The notes beneath the pieces were generated by a model. That model did no database searches. It saw only the letters and a program-made list of their open reading frames with translations, and was not told the DNA's origin. A stretch of DNA of 64,000 bases from a virus (lineage: Duplodnaviria; Caudoviricetes), in IMG/VR virus record IMGVR_UViG_2595698333_000001, positions 1 to 64,000 of that record. One strand, written 5' to 3'. Both the position numbers and the translations under genes were made by a program. Positions 54,672 through 64,000 of the stretch are shown here, piece by piece (within the stretch, counting starts at the first letter, position 1; each line of letters opens with the position of its first letter).

Positions 54672-56214
54672 CGCTCCACCGTCCCGGGTTACCTTCGACG
54701 ACTCGCACGTCGCCGTCCAGCACTTCTTCGAGCATCGGGTCCTTGCCTTCCTCTTCGAGGTCGCGGATTTCCTCGCAGACCTGCTCGTGCTTGTCGAACG
54801 TGGGGTACCGCAGACCCGTGTAACTGTACTTCGACAGCCCGTTCTTCTGAAGTTGACCGACGGGTTCGCCGTCAGGACCTTCGACGAACCGCAGGACCTG
54901 GTCGACCTTGTAGGCGTTGTCTCGCTCGCCCACAGGTTTCTTCGGGTTCCCTTCGTCACCCTCCATGATGGCCTCGTAGTCGTCCGTCTGCATGGCCGTC
55001 CAGTAGAAGTGGAACGGGGTGTCAATCATTACCTCACGGAACCTCTTGTTGTGGTACCGCTTGATGACTTTCCAGTCGCTCTCACCCGAGCGTCCCATGT
55101 TGGACGACAGGTTGACTTCGTCGAGCGTCTTCCCCTGGTACGCCTTGCTGACGTACTTCTGCTTCGACCACTCCCACATCTCGCTCATCGAGTCGACTAC
55201 GATGGTGCCGCGGTGGCCTTCCTCGAGGTAGCGGTGAAGCACGGAGATGGCCTCGTTGAGCGCCTCTCGCGCCTCGTCGTAGTCGTCGGGTTGCCAGATG
55301 TACGTGACCTTATCCTCGAACTTCGAGGCGAGGTTGTGCGCCTTGCCCTCCGTGTCTATGATACAGACAGGTTGGGGCATGGTGAACCCGAAGTGGGTCT
55401 TGCCCTTGCCGGGTTCTGCCCACCCGAGGATACGCCAGAGGTACGGTTGCTCTGCTGCCTCGTCGGTGTCCATGGCGTTCGGAGCAACGTCTCCGATGTC
55501 CACGGCCCCGATGCTGCTCACGTCGTCGTCTACCGAAGCAGTTTGCGTCGTCTCGGGTTCGTCGTCCTGCTCGGTCGTGTCGGACGTGTCCTCGTCGGCG
55601 AGGTTGTCTACCCCAATCTCGTCGAGTTCATCGGGGTCGACTTCATCGACCGCGTCGTCCACCTCATCCTGAGTCGCTCCGTCGTCCTCGTCGTCCATGC
55701 CCCACCCGCCGCTGTCGTCGGTCGACTCGTCGTCGGATGTCTCGTCCTGCGTCTCGTCGTCCTGCGTAGTAGAGGTAGACGTCTCGTCGTCCTCGTTCTG
55801 CGAGGTGGCGTCGGAGTCGTTTCCCGCGTCCTCATCAGCATCGTCCTCGACCTGATTCAGACGACGCTCGTACACTTCCTGTGCGGACGAGCGCGTGTCC
55901 TGCTCCATCGCTTCGCGCAGAACGTCGGCGTCGTCGAGCTCCTTGTACTTGTCCTCGATGGTGGACACAGTGATGCTCTCGACGTTCTCCGCGTCAACGA
56001 CCGACGCGAACTGCTGCGCGAACCCGAGTTCTTCCTCGGTTTCGTCGTCGCGGTCATCACCGTCAGCGAGGTCCTGCACGTCAGAACCCCATCCTCCAGC
56101 GTCGTCAGACGTGTCCTCGGTGGTGTCCCCCTCCACCTCGGTCGTTTCCTCGTCGGCATCGTCTGCCTCGAGGTCCTCTGCCTCCAGTTCGTCGTCGTCC
56201 ATTCCCCAGCTCAT
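54664..56214 (-). CDS. AAA_24/Sak4-like ATPase with long acidic N-terminus
   Basis: AEPGKGKT, IIDTEG, IVVDSMSE. Confidence 0.8.
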   Translation of the reverse strand: MSWGMDDDELEAEDLEADDADEETTEVEGDTTEDTSDDAGGWGSDVQDLADGDDRDDETEEELGFAQQFASVVDAENVESITVSTIEDKYKELDDADVLREAMEQDTRSSAQEVYERRLNQVEDDADEDAGNDSDATSQNEDDETSTSTTQDDETQDETSDDESTDDSGGWGMDDEDDGATQDEVDDAVDEVDPDELDEIGVDNLADEDTSDTTEQDDEPETTQTASVDDDVSSIGAVDIGDVAPNAMDTDEAAEQPYLWRILGWAEPGKGKTHFGFTMPQPVCIIDTEGKAHNLASKFEDKVTYIWQPDDYDEAREALNEAISVLHRYLEEGHRGTIVVDSMSEMWEWSKQKYVSKAYQGKTLDEVNLSSNMGRSGESDWKVIKRYHNKRFREVMIDTPFHFYWTAMQTDDYEAIMEGDEGNPKKPVGERDNAYKVDQVLRFVEGPDGEPVGQLQKNGLSKYSYTGLRYPTFDKHEQVCEEIRDLEEEGKDPMLEEVLDGDVRVVEGNPGRWSDD

Positions 56215-57254
56215 AGGCTTTGCGTCTCCGTTCCGTGGTCATCGTCGTCGTTACCGCCGTTGTTGCCGTAGTTGTCGTCTATCGGCATCGAGATGTACGG
56301 GACGATTCCGACCACGTTCATCTGAATCTGCCCCTTGTTGTCTCCACTGTCCTCGCGCGTGATTGTTCCGTAGAAGTCACACTGCGAGTCGTTTCCGTAC
56401 TCCATCAGGTCCGGTTGCGTCCAGCACGTCAGACCTGCGTTCCGGTCGTCGCCACCGGTAATCTCCTCGCGGAGGTCGTTCGGGTCTACCACCGTGTCGT
56501 CGAGAATGTTGTAGATACCGAACGGGTTGCCGTTCTTCGACTCACCCTGATAGTGGTCGACCACGTACCCGCTGATACGCTTGAGGTCTCCCTCGTGCGA
56601 GAAGTCATCGCTGTCCCCGACGGACAGGTGGTCACCGAGGTCCGCGAGCGTCGCCGCGTCCTCGATTTGGTTGTTGATGACTTTCCGCTTGCCCTCCTTG
56701 CTGCTCGGCAGGTCGTCGAAGTCGCCTTCTTCTGCCTTCGTCTTGTCCGACGACCAGCAGACGTAGATGGGCGTGGGTTCGGGGTCGCCCGTCGCCTTCA
56801 CGTCACCCTCCTCGATGGACGTCCAGACCTTCAGTTCGTTGAGCGGGCGGAACTTCGCCTTCATGTCGCCCAGGTCAACGCCATCCGTCTCGTCGAAGAT
56901 GAACACCCCGATACCTACCGGGGAGTCGTGCGGGTTGACGATACCGTAGGCGAACAGAACGTCTCGCTCCTCGGTGTTCGGGTTGTTACGTCCCCAACGT
57001 CGCACGCCGCCGTGACCGAGTGCGAGCGTCGGAACCTCCTCGACCTCGCCTTGGAACGACGACGTGCGGTCCTGACGCATGATTTCCGAGCGCACCATGC
57101 GCACCGCGAAGGACTTGATGGCGTCCTCGTTCAGGTCGTCTTCCGCGTTCTCCTTCGCGTCCTGAAGTTTGTTTTGGTATCGCTCCTTCAGGTCCGACAC
57201 GTCCTTCCCGGTGTCGTCTGCGATTTTCTGGAGTTCCTGTGCCACGTCCGTCAT
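56211..57254 (-). CDS. Putative OB-fold ssDNA-binding protein
   Basis: Beta-rich, acidic tail, first gene of the replication operon; family inferred from context. Confidence 0.5.
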   Translation of the reverse strand: MTDVAQELQKIADDTGKDVSDLKERYQNKLQDAKENAEDDLNEDAIKSFAVRMVRSEIMRQDRTSSFQGEVEEVPTLALGHGGVRRWGRNNPNTEERDVLFAYGIVNPHDSPVGIGVFIFDETDGVDLGDMKAKFRPLNELKVWTSIEEGDVKATGDPEPTPIYVCWSSDKTKAEEGDFDDLPSSKEGKRKVINNQIEDAATLADLGDHLSVGDSDDFSHEGDLKRISGYVVDHYQGESKNGNPFGIYNILDDTVVDPNDLREEITGGDDRNAGLTCWTQPDLMEYGNDSQCDFYGTITREDSGDNKGQIQMNVVGIVPYISMPIDDNYGNNGGNDDDDHGTETQSL

Positions 57255-57488
57255 AGCGTATCTCCTCGCTTCATCTGCGTCTTTTCGTTTACCGTACCCC
57301 TCCGTAAAGGTGCGGTTCTAAGTCCGCCCGCAAGAATAGGTCCAGCATCAACCCGTGTCTGGACACTAAGCGTTAATACCCACTCCGCGTTACTTATCTT
57401 TGAACATGGCTGTAGTAGGGAAGAGGGAGTTAAGGGCTGACCCTATTTTACAGCAGTAGACGGTTGCTACGACGGAGACATACTACCC

Positions 57489-58400
57489 ATGGAAGTAACT
57501 GACCTTACAGGAGTCGGACAGGTAACGTACAACGACAAGCTGAAGCCAGCCGGATTTGACAGCATAGACAAGATAGCGAAGGCTACGGTGGATGAGCTGG
57601 TCGATGAAGCAGGACTGACTGAAGGAAAGGCTGAGAAGATACACCAACGAGCGAACAGGGAAGCGGTGATACTTCAGTCAGGTACGGACGTGCAGGACGA
57701 GTACGACAACAAGAGCTACGTGACGACGGGGATGGAGAAGCTCGATGAGATGCTGGGTGGGGGATGGGAGGAAGGATTCCTGATTACCCTGTCGGGCGAA
57801 GCAGGTTCGGGGAAGACACAGGTCGCGTTCAACTCGATGGTTCACGCTGTGGAGCAGGAGAACGCACCCGCCGTCTACATCGAGACGGAGCCTAACCGTT
57901 ATCGCCCAGAACGTCTCCGTTCGCTGGCGAACGACGAGGACACTCAGCAGAACATATACCGTATAAAGGCATACGACCTCGAAAAGCAGAAGCTCGCCTA
58001 CGAGAAGGTCAAGGAGGCCTTTGATGAGGTGTCTCTCGTTGTGGTCGACTCGTTCACCGCGCGTTTCCGCCTCGCTGAGCAATTCGACGGACGAGGTTCA
58101 CTCAGTCAACGGTCGGAGGAGATGGGTGCTCATCTACGTCGTCTCGAACGTCTCTGCGAAGACCTCGGCGCACCCGTCCTCCTCACCGCACAGGTGTACG
58201 GTAATCCCAGCGGGTTCGGCGCAGGAGACGCTGTCTACGGGGGTTCGCTCATGCAGCACACCGTCTCGTGTTTCGTCAACATGAAGTCGTCGAGCGGGAA
58301 CCTGAAGGAGGCACAACTGCGCGGTCATCCTGGGCAGGCTGATGAGGAGGTCTACGTCAATATCGGCGAGAATCAGCTCGAAGCGATGAATAACGTCTAG
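57489..58400 (+). CDS. radA: RadA recombinase
   Basis: N-terminal HhH; LDEMLGGG, GEAGSGKT, YIETE, VVDS. Confidence 0.93.
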   Translation: MEVTDLTGVGQVTYNDKLKPAGFDSIDKIAKATVDELVDEAGLTEGKAEKIHQRANREAVILQSGTDVQDEYDNKSYVTTGMEKLDEMLGGGWEEGFLITLSGEAGSGKTQVAFNSMVHAVEQENAPAVYIETEPNRYRPERLRSLANDEDTQQNIYRIKAYDLEKQKLAYEKVKEAFDEVSLVVVDSFTARFRLAEQFDGRGSLSQRSEEMGAHLRRLERLCEDLGAPVLLTAQVYGNPSGFGAGDAVYGGSLMQHTVSCFVNMKSSSGNLKEAQLRGHPGQADEEVYVNIGENQLEAMNNV

Positions 58401-58549
58401 TAGCGACCGTAACCCGTCCGTCTCCGACTTTTCCTCTCGAAGTGTCGAAGTGCGACGTACACGAGCATCGTTAGCCACAGGCCTCCTAAGAAGATGACTA
58501 ACGACAGCATGACCATCATCTGGACCTCGGCGAGCGCTGACTCGAACAT
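58397..58549 (-). CDS. Membrane microprotein (50 aa)
   Basis: Hand translation: one TM plus basic tail. Confidence 0.55.
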   Translation of the reverse strand: MFESALAEVQMMVMLSLVIFLGGLWLTMLVYVALRHFERKSRRRTGYGRY

Positions 58550-58551
58550 GG

Positions 58552-58665
58552 TCAGAACGGGACGCCGAGACCGCCCGCGACGCTCGCGGTGATGGCGATG
58601 CCGAACAGCAGGAGCATCACCAACGCCCAGACGAGCGCGCCGACGCGGACGAGAGTGTGGTTCAT
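58552..58665 (-). CDS. Membrane microprotein (37 aa)
   Basis: MNHTLVRVGALVWALVMLLLFGIAITASVAGGLGVPF; GAGGTGA RBS. Confidence 0.6.
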   Translation of the reverse strand: MNHTLVRVGALVWALVMLLLFGIAITASVAGGLGVPF

Positions 58666-59002
58666 CTCTAGGTCACCTCACACATGGTAGTACACAGGTC
58701 GCGCATAAATACTTGGCGGAGAAAATACCGTACTAAAACAGAGTGCGGGTAGTAGCAAAACACGAACCGCCTTTAGAAGCGCCTATGCAACCGAGAACCG
58801 AGAGTACGGGGTTATGCAGTAAGCGACAGGTTGACAGAGTATCCGTACCGTACTACTGAAACCCCCGAGAACAGGTCTACCGCCCGTCAACCGTCTTTAG
58901 AGGCATTATACTGAGTGCCGGTATTCGTGCTATCTCGGTCGGTCAAATTCTCTGCGGGATGTTGAAGGTCGCGTGACGGGAAGTCGATAACGAGAGAACC
59001 TC

Positions 59003-59665
59003 ATGCCAGGTGGTAAACCCAAGTTCCGTAAGAAGGAAACCCGCGTAGAAGTTGCCCTCGCCAAGTACTACGGGCTCGGCGACGAAGAACCGTGGGACCT
59101 CGACAGAATAGCGGAGTACCTCAACGTATCCCGCTCGACCATCGAGGACTACGTGTATAACTCGGAGATGGCGGAGGAAGTGGAGCGTGCGGCTGCTGAG
59201 GCGCAGGCACGCACGCGCATGGAAATCGTCGTCAAACTGAAGAACGAGCTACAGAAGCTCGAAGAAATCGAGGAGGAGCTCCTTCAGGCGAAAGACACCG
59301 TCATCTCGTCGTACACACCGAAGCACGTCGAGGTCAAGGTCAACTCCCCGGAAGGGGTCCACTTCGACGACGACGCCGATTCTCCGACCGTCTCCACGCA
59401 GATACCCGTACCTCACGACTACAAGGAGGTCCCGGACACGTCGAAGCTGAAGAACGTCTGGATTCAAAAGCGCAAAATCATCCAAGACATCGAGGACCTC
59501 ATGGGACTCGAGGCACCCGACAAGGTGGAGCAGGAGAGCAAATCCGTCCACCTGGAGAAGAAGGTGTACGAGGTGCGAGACCAGGGTAACTTCCCGGAAG
59601 CGGACGTCTCGCACGTCAACGAGGACCCAGCAGAAATCGAGGTTGAGCCCACAGACGACGCATGA
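59003..59665 (+). CDS. Probable terminase small subunit
   Basis: N-terminal HTH, helical core, LMGLEAP tail motif; upstream of TerL. Confidence 0.75.
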   Translation: MPGGKPKFRKKETRVEVALAKYYGLGDEEPWDLDRIAEYLNVSRSTIEDYVYNSEMAEEVERAAAEAQARTRMEIVVKLKNELQKLEEIEEELLQAKDTVISSYTPKHVEVKVNSPEGVHFDDDADSPTVSTQIPVPHDYKEVPDTSKLKNVWIQKRKIIQDIEDLMGLEAPDKVEQESKSVHLEKKVYEVRDQGNFPEADVSHVNEDPAEIEVEPTDDA

Positions 59666-60306
59666 GTGAGACGTGTCCTACGTGTGGTGACGGGTTCGAG
59701 AGTGAGGTGGGTATGAAAAGTCATCACACTCAGGAACACGGAGAATCGCTTGTTCGGAGGGAGAGTGGGTGTAAGCACTGTGGCGACACGTTCGAGTGGT
59801 ATCCTCGTGAGGCGGCGAAGGACGAGGAACGGCGGACGTGTCCTGAGTGCTACCAAAAAGGACGGCGTGACGACGGTGATGACCACCCTCTTCGGAAACG
59901 TGTTACTGTGAAGTGCGCGTGGTGTGGTGAGAGCCTCGACCTGCCACCGAACCGTGTTGAGAAATACAACTTCCACTTCTGCGACGAGAACGGGTGTCTG
60001 GCTGCTTGGCGTCGTGAGAATTGGACAGGTGAAGACGCTCCTGCTTGGAAAGGAGGATGGCGTGAGTATTACGGTTCGGACTGGGTTCAAAAGCGTAGTG
60101 AGATACGTGAGCGTGATGGTCACGAGTGTCGGGTGTGCGGTGTTACGAAGGAAGAACACGGACGCCATCTGGACGTTCACCACATCCGTTCTGTCCGTAC
60201 CTTCGACGACCCGAACGAAGCTCACTCACACGACAACATGATTCTCCTCTGTCCTGGATGTCACAAGAAAGCAGAATTCGGGAAAATCGAGGTGCCTGAG
60301 CCATGA
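59662..60306 (+). CDS. Zn-finger HNH endonuclease
   Basis: C2H2, CxxC repeats, LDVHHI..NMILLCPGCH. Confidence 0.88.
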   Translation: MSETCPTCGDGFESEVGMKSHHTQEHGESLVRRESGCKHCGDTFEWYPREAAKDEERRTCPECYQKGRRDDGDDHPLRKRVTVKCAWCGESLDLPPNRVEKYNFHFCDENGCLAAWRRENWTGEDAPAWKGGWREYYGSDWVQKRSEIRERDGHECRVCGVTKEEHGRHLDVHHIRSVRTFDDPNEAHSHDNMILLCPGCHKKAEFGKIEVPEP

Positions 60307-61748
60307 GCTCGAGTGAACCTGCTGCTTGGAGCTTCGACCCTTTTGGTAAGCAAGAAGAGTTCTTGAATTGTGACGACAGACAAGTTCTCTTGTCGGGTGC
60401 TTTCGGAACTGGTAAAACTTTAGCTGGCTGTGAGAAGGGGTACAGGTTCAATCAGATGTATCCCGGCAACCGCGGGCTCATCGTTCGTAAGACGTTCACT
60501 GACGTGAAGTCAACGACGGTCAATCAGACGCTCCTGGAGGACGTTATCCCGCCGTCGCATATCGTCGAGCACAACCGCTCGGAGCACGTCATAGAACACT
60601 ACACGGGCGAGAAGACGCCCGACGGTGAACCCGTCACGTCGGAGATATACTACCACGGGCTCGACTCGGGTCGTCAGACGGGTGACGACGACCTCCCGCG
60701 CAAGATTGGTGGGATGGAGTTCGGGTGGATATTTGTTGACGAGGCGTCCGAGCTGTCGAAAGGTGAGTGGACCCAGCTCATGGGTCGTCTTCGTTTCGAC
60801 GGACGGCGCGTCGGCAACTACAATTACCGCGTCCCGTTCCGCCAAATCTTCGCGGCGACCAACCCAGAACACCCGGGACACTGGATGTATAAGTGGTTCT
60901 TCGAGGACAACCGGGGCAAGCACTTCACGCTCCGGATGGACGATAATCCCCACCTGGCTGAGGACTACGTCCAGGACAACAAGGAGAACTACTCGGGCGT
61001 GTACTACGACCGTTACATCCTCGGGAAGTGGGTTGGTGCAGAGGGTCTCATCTACGACGAGTGGGATAGCGAGGTTCACAACCCGCGACCGCGTGACCTC
61101 CCCGGTGACTGGACGGTTCACCGCACCGAGGAGTACGAGGACGGCGAGGCGTACTTCGCCTCACCGCCTGACGATTGGCGCGTGTACCGAGCAATCGACT
61201 TCGGGTATCGTAACCCGTTCGTCTGTCAGTGGTGGGCGCGGGGGCCGGACGACCAGTTCGTCCTGTTCCGCGAACTCTACAAGACGGAGCATCTCGTCGA
61301 GGACCTGGCGAAAGAAATCAAAAAGCTCGACCCGCAGGGACACGTCATAGACCAGTCGTTCGCTGACTGGAACGCCGAGGACCGAGCGACGCTCCAACGT
61401 CACGGAGTGGACGTGGCTCGTGCGAATAAGGACGTGTCGCCTGGTATTCAAAGTGTGAAGTCGCGCCTCGTCAAGGACGAACGTGGGAAGCCAGGTCTCT
61501 ACATCATGCAGGGGGCTCGCGTACACGAGCCTGACGATAACCTGAGCGAGGACAACGACCCGGTTAAGACGGTGGGGGAAATAACTGGGTACAAGTGGAG
61601 CGACTCCGACAACGAGGACCGCCCGAAAAAGGAAGCTGACCACGGGATGGACGCACTCCGATATTTCGTCCATACGTTGGAGGCAAGGGGTCAAATGTCA
61701 CGCGAGGAGATGCAGGAGTGGTCCACGGTGGTGAACGACGCATGGTAG
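60303..61748 (+). CDS. terL: Terminase large subunit
   Basis: GAFGTGKT, FVDEA, ATNP, AIDFGYRNP, DHGMDALRY. Confidence 0.95.
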   Translation: MSSSEPAAWSFDPFGKQEEFLNCDDRQVLLSGAFGTGKTLAGCEKGYRFNQMYPGNRGLIVRKTFTDVKSTTVNQTLLEDVIPPSHIVEHNRSEHVIEHYTGEKTPDGEPVTSEIYYHGLDSGRQTGDDDLPRKIGGMEFGWIFVDEASELSKGEWTQLMGRLRFDGRRVGNYNYRVPFRQIFAATNPEHPGHWMYKWFFEDNRGKHFTLRMDDNPHLAEDYVQDNKENYSGVYYDRYILGKWVGAEGLIYDEWDSEVHNPRPRDLPGDWTVHRTEEYEDGEAYFASPPDDWRVYRAIDFGYRNPFVCQWWARGPDDQFVLFRELYKTEHLVEDLAKEIKKLDPQGHVIDQSFADWNAEDRATLQRHGVDVARANKDVSPGIQSVKSRLVKDERGKPGLYIMQGARVHEPDDNLSEDNDPVKTVGEITGYKWSDSDNEDRPKKEADHGMDALRYFVHTLEARGQMSREEMQEWSTVVNDAW

Positions 61749-62368
61749 AATGTCCGACTTGCAGTAAAGAACTCCGTACCGAGCACGGTTTGAAACAGCA
61801 TCATGCAAAAGTACATGGTGAGTCGCTTGCTTACAAGCAGTGTGAGCAGTGCGGTGATGAGTTCAAACCTACCTGGAACTCTGAGAAACAGCGTTTCTGC
61901 TCACAAGAGTGTTCATCGGAGCATCTTTCCAACGTGCGTTCCAAGGAGTGGCAAGGTGAAGGTCATCCGCAGTGGCAGGAACGTGACGACTGTGGGTGGT
62001 GTGGCGATGAACTACATCGCTCTGATATTCGTTTCTGTTCGCAGGACTGCGCAAACTCATGGCAATCGAGCGAGTGGGACGCACCGCGTGGCCCTGACCA
62101 CTGGAATTGGGAAGGAGGTCCCGTTGAGTACGGTTCTGATTGGAATGAAGTGAGAGAAGAAATCGTTGAACGAGACACAAGGTGTCAGAAGTGCGGGTGC
62201 GAAGATGGACTACTCGACGTTCATCATATCACCCCGCTTCGAGCGTTCGACGACGTGACTGAGGCGAACAGGCAAGACAATTTAATCCTTCTATGCCGTT
62301 CGTGTCACATGAAGGTTGAGAAAGGTGATGAACCATGTCCAACCCCAGACAAGAAGGTGATTAGCTAA
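61742..62368 (+). CDS. Zn-finger HNH endonuclease
   Basis: Paralog of the 59662 ORF; LDVHHI..NLILLCRSCH. Confidence 0.88.
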   Translation: MVECPTCSKELRTEHGLKQHHAKVHGESLAYKQCEQCGDEFKPTWNSEKQRFCSQECSSEHLSNVRSKEWQGEGHPQWQERDDCGWCGDELHRSDIRFCSQDCANSWQSSEWDAPRGPDHWNWEGGPVEYGSDWNEVREEIVERDTRCQKCGCEDGLLDVHHITPLRAFDDVTEANRQDNLILLCRSCHMKVEKGDEPCPTPDKKVIS

Positions 62369-64000
62369 TGGCAACGAGAATCGGTAAGGCAGTTCGGGGC
62401 GCGGTCACTCAAACCCTGGACAAACGTATCGCCGGCATGCTGTCGAAGTACGGAGTCGGTTATCCGTCCTTCTCTCGCGCGGAGCAACCGCGCGGACGTG
62501 AGCCGCAACCACCCTATCAGCGTCGCGTCAGCCCATCGTTCATCTACCGCCTTCGTCAGAACTCGACCCTGGTCAACAACGCCATCGAGGAGAAGGTATC
62601 GCAGACGTTTCGACGCGGGTTCACAGACATCGAGAAGAAGTGGGAGGCGAAGTGCCCGTCCTGCAAGGAAACCTACGAGACACTACAACCGTTCTACGAC
62701 GAACACTCGTGGCTCGAGGAAGGCGACGACGTTGACTTTAGCAAGGAACGTCGGTGTCCTGAGTGCGACGACCGCGTAGAGTTCAAGACGCCGTCGCGTG
62801 AGGACCGTTACCTTCTCGAGTCGTTCCTCGGGCAGGCGAACCTTCGCGCTCAGGTCAACAGCGACCTCGAACCGTCCGAGCAGAACTCGGTCGGACAGAC
62901 GCTCCTGGAAATCTTCAAGGAGGTCGGGTGGGACATCCAGTCGTTCGACGACGGGTGGCTCATCTTCGAGCGCGCATACACGACCGACGAGGACGGCAAA
63001 ATCCTCGACTACGACCTGAAAGGCGTCCACCGCGCACCGCCTGAGCTCATGCGTTACTCGGTGGACGAGAACGGCAACTTCGGGCAGGAATTCTACGTCT
63101 GCGTTGAGTGTCGTGCGACGAAGGGCGAGGCGTACACTCCGCAGCAGCACGGGGAGCACTGTGAGAACTGCGGGAATCACACCTATCCCGTGTACGCTGT
63201 TGGGCTCGAAGGCATGGGCCGTCAGAACAACGACAACCCAGAGAACTACTTCATCCGCGGAGAGTTCGTACACGCGAGCGAGTACGAGCCGTCGAAGTTC
63301 TACGGGTACTCGCCTATCCTCACGCTGTGGGACGAGGCGTCTACCCTGGAGAAAATGGACAACTGGTATCGGGAGGCGTACAAGGAGCGTCGCGCACCGC
63401 GTGGCGCCATGATTATCTCGTCCTCGAACAGCGAATCCACCCGCGCGTTCAACAAGGGCGAGATGGAGAAGCTTCGGAACGACCCGAACTACATCCCGAC
63501 GTTCATAGACGACTCTCAATCGGGCGAAGGCGGCAAGCCGATAGAGTTCATCAACCTGCTCGAAACGCCCGCCGCCATGCAGCACATGGAGATGCGTGAG
63601 TGGTTCCTCGACCGTATCTCCGCGAAGTACGGCGTCACCGCTGTGTTCCAGAGCGGGTCGCCTGAGAACGCGGGCCTGTCGCAGTCGATGGAGATTCAGG
63701 TCAGCAACCGTAGCGCTGACCGACTGCGCACCATCTTCAACAATACGTTCTTCCCGGCAATCCTCGGGCAGCTCGACGTTGAAGGTTGGGAGGTCAAAGT
63801 CGATACGGTCGAAGAGGAGGACGAGCAGGAAGAGGCGCAGCTCGTTCAGACGCAACTCAAGATGGCGAAACTCGCCCTGGAAATCGGCGCGGAGGTTGAG
63901 TGGACAGCGAACGACCGCGCAGACATCAAGGCGGGCAAGCTCGAGTCGCCGCAGGAGGAAGCGCAGCAAGGCATGGGCGGCGGCATGGGAGGTCTCGCTG
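62368..64000 (+). CDS. Portal protein (truncated at window end)
   Basis: Open frame from ATG 62368 (not in ORF track); FYGYSPI, APRGAMII, ISAKYGV portal-like motifs; follows TerL. Confidence 0.85.
   Translation, partial: MATRIGKAVRGAVTQTLDKRIAGMLSKYGVGYPSFSRAEQPRGREPQPPYQRRVSPSFIYRLRQNSTLVNNAIEEKVSQTFRRGFTDIEKKWEAKCPSCKETYETLQPFYDEHSWLEEGDDVDFSKERRCPECDDRVEFKTPSREDRYLLESFLGQANLRAQVNSDLEPSEQNSVGQTLLEIFKEVGWDIQSFDDGWLIFERAYTTDEDGKILDYDLKGVHRAPPELMRYSVDENGNFGQEFYVCVECRATKGEAYTPQQHGEHCENCGNHTYPVYAVGLEGMGRQNNDNPENYFIRGEFVHASEYEPSKFYGYSPILTLWDEASTLEKMDNWYREAYKERRAPRGAMIISSSNSESTRAFNKGEMEKLRNDPNYIPTFIDDSQSGEGGKPIEFINLLETPAAMQHMEMREWFLDRISAKYGVTAVFQSGSPENAGLSQSMEIQVSNRSADRLRTIFNNTFFPAILGQLDVEGWEVKVDTVEEEDEQEEAQLVQTQLKMAKLALEIGAEVEWTANDRADIKAGKLESPQEEAQQGMGGGMGGLA

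Overview
High-GC window with an acidic proteome, from a tailed haloarchaeal virus. Gene content and order resemble the HVTV-1/HCTV-1-like (Druskaviridae-type) siphoviruses; this is by-eye recognition, with no database search. The window probably starts at the left genome end. Left to right: small early ORFs, a class II ribonucleotide reductase, a rightward operon containing two type III hammerhead ribozymes, nucleotide-metabolism and recombination genes (ThyX, MazG, HAD nucleotidase, resolvase, ERCC4), tRNA-Gln(UUG), vWA plus MoxR AAA, and a complete 7-deazaguanine pathway (DpdA-like, FolE, QueE, QueD, QueC, NADPH-type QueF). Next comes a replication module (RFC-L/S, PolB, Cas4-like nuclease, Tmk, primase, PCNA, ATPase, SSB-like protein, RadA) with an embedded adenine methyltransferase and a GNAT, followed by TerS, TerL and a truncated portal gene. 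About 11 free-standing homing-type endonucleases are interspersed. Top observations: (1) two hammerhead ribozymes bracket a single gene; (2) a clamp-binding-like C-terminal tail (x-[VP]-L-x-[FYW]) is shared by PolB, RFC-L, the DpdA-like enzyme, the MTase and the GNAT, suggesting replication-coupled DNA modification, possibly acetyl-preQ1; (3) nine small early proteins share an FW motif; (4) several candidate promoter-driven non-coding RNAs; (5) an endonuclease insertion duplicated and recoded the thyX tail.
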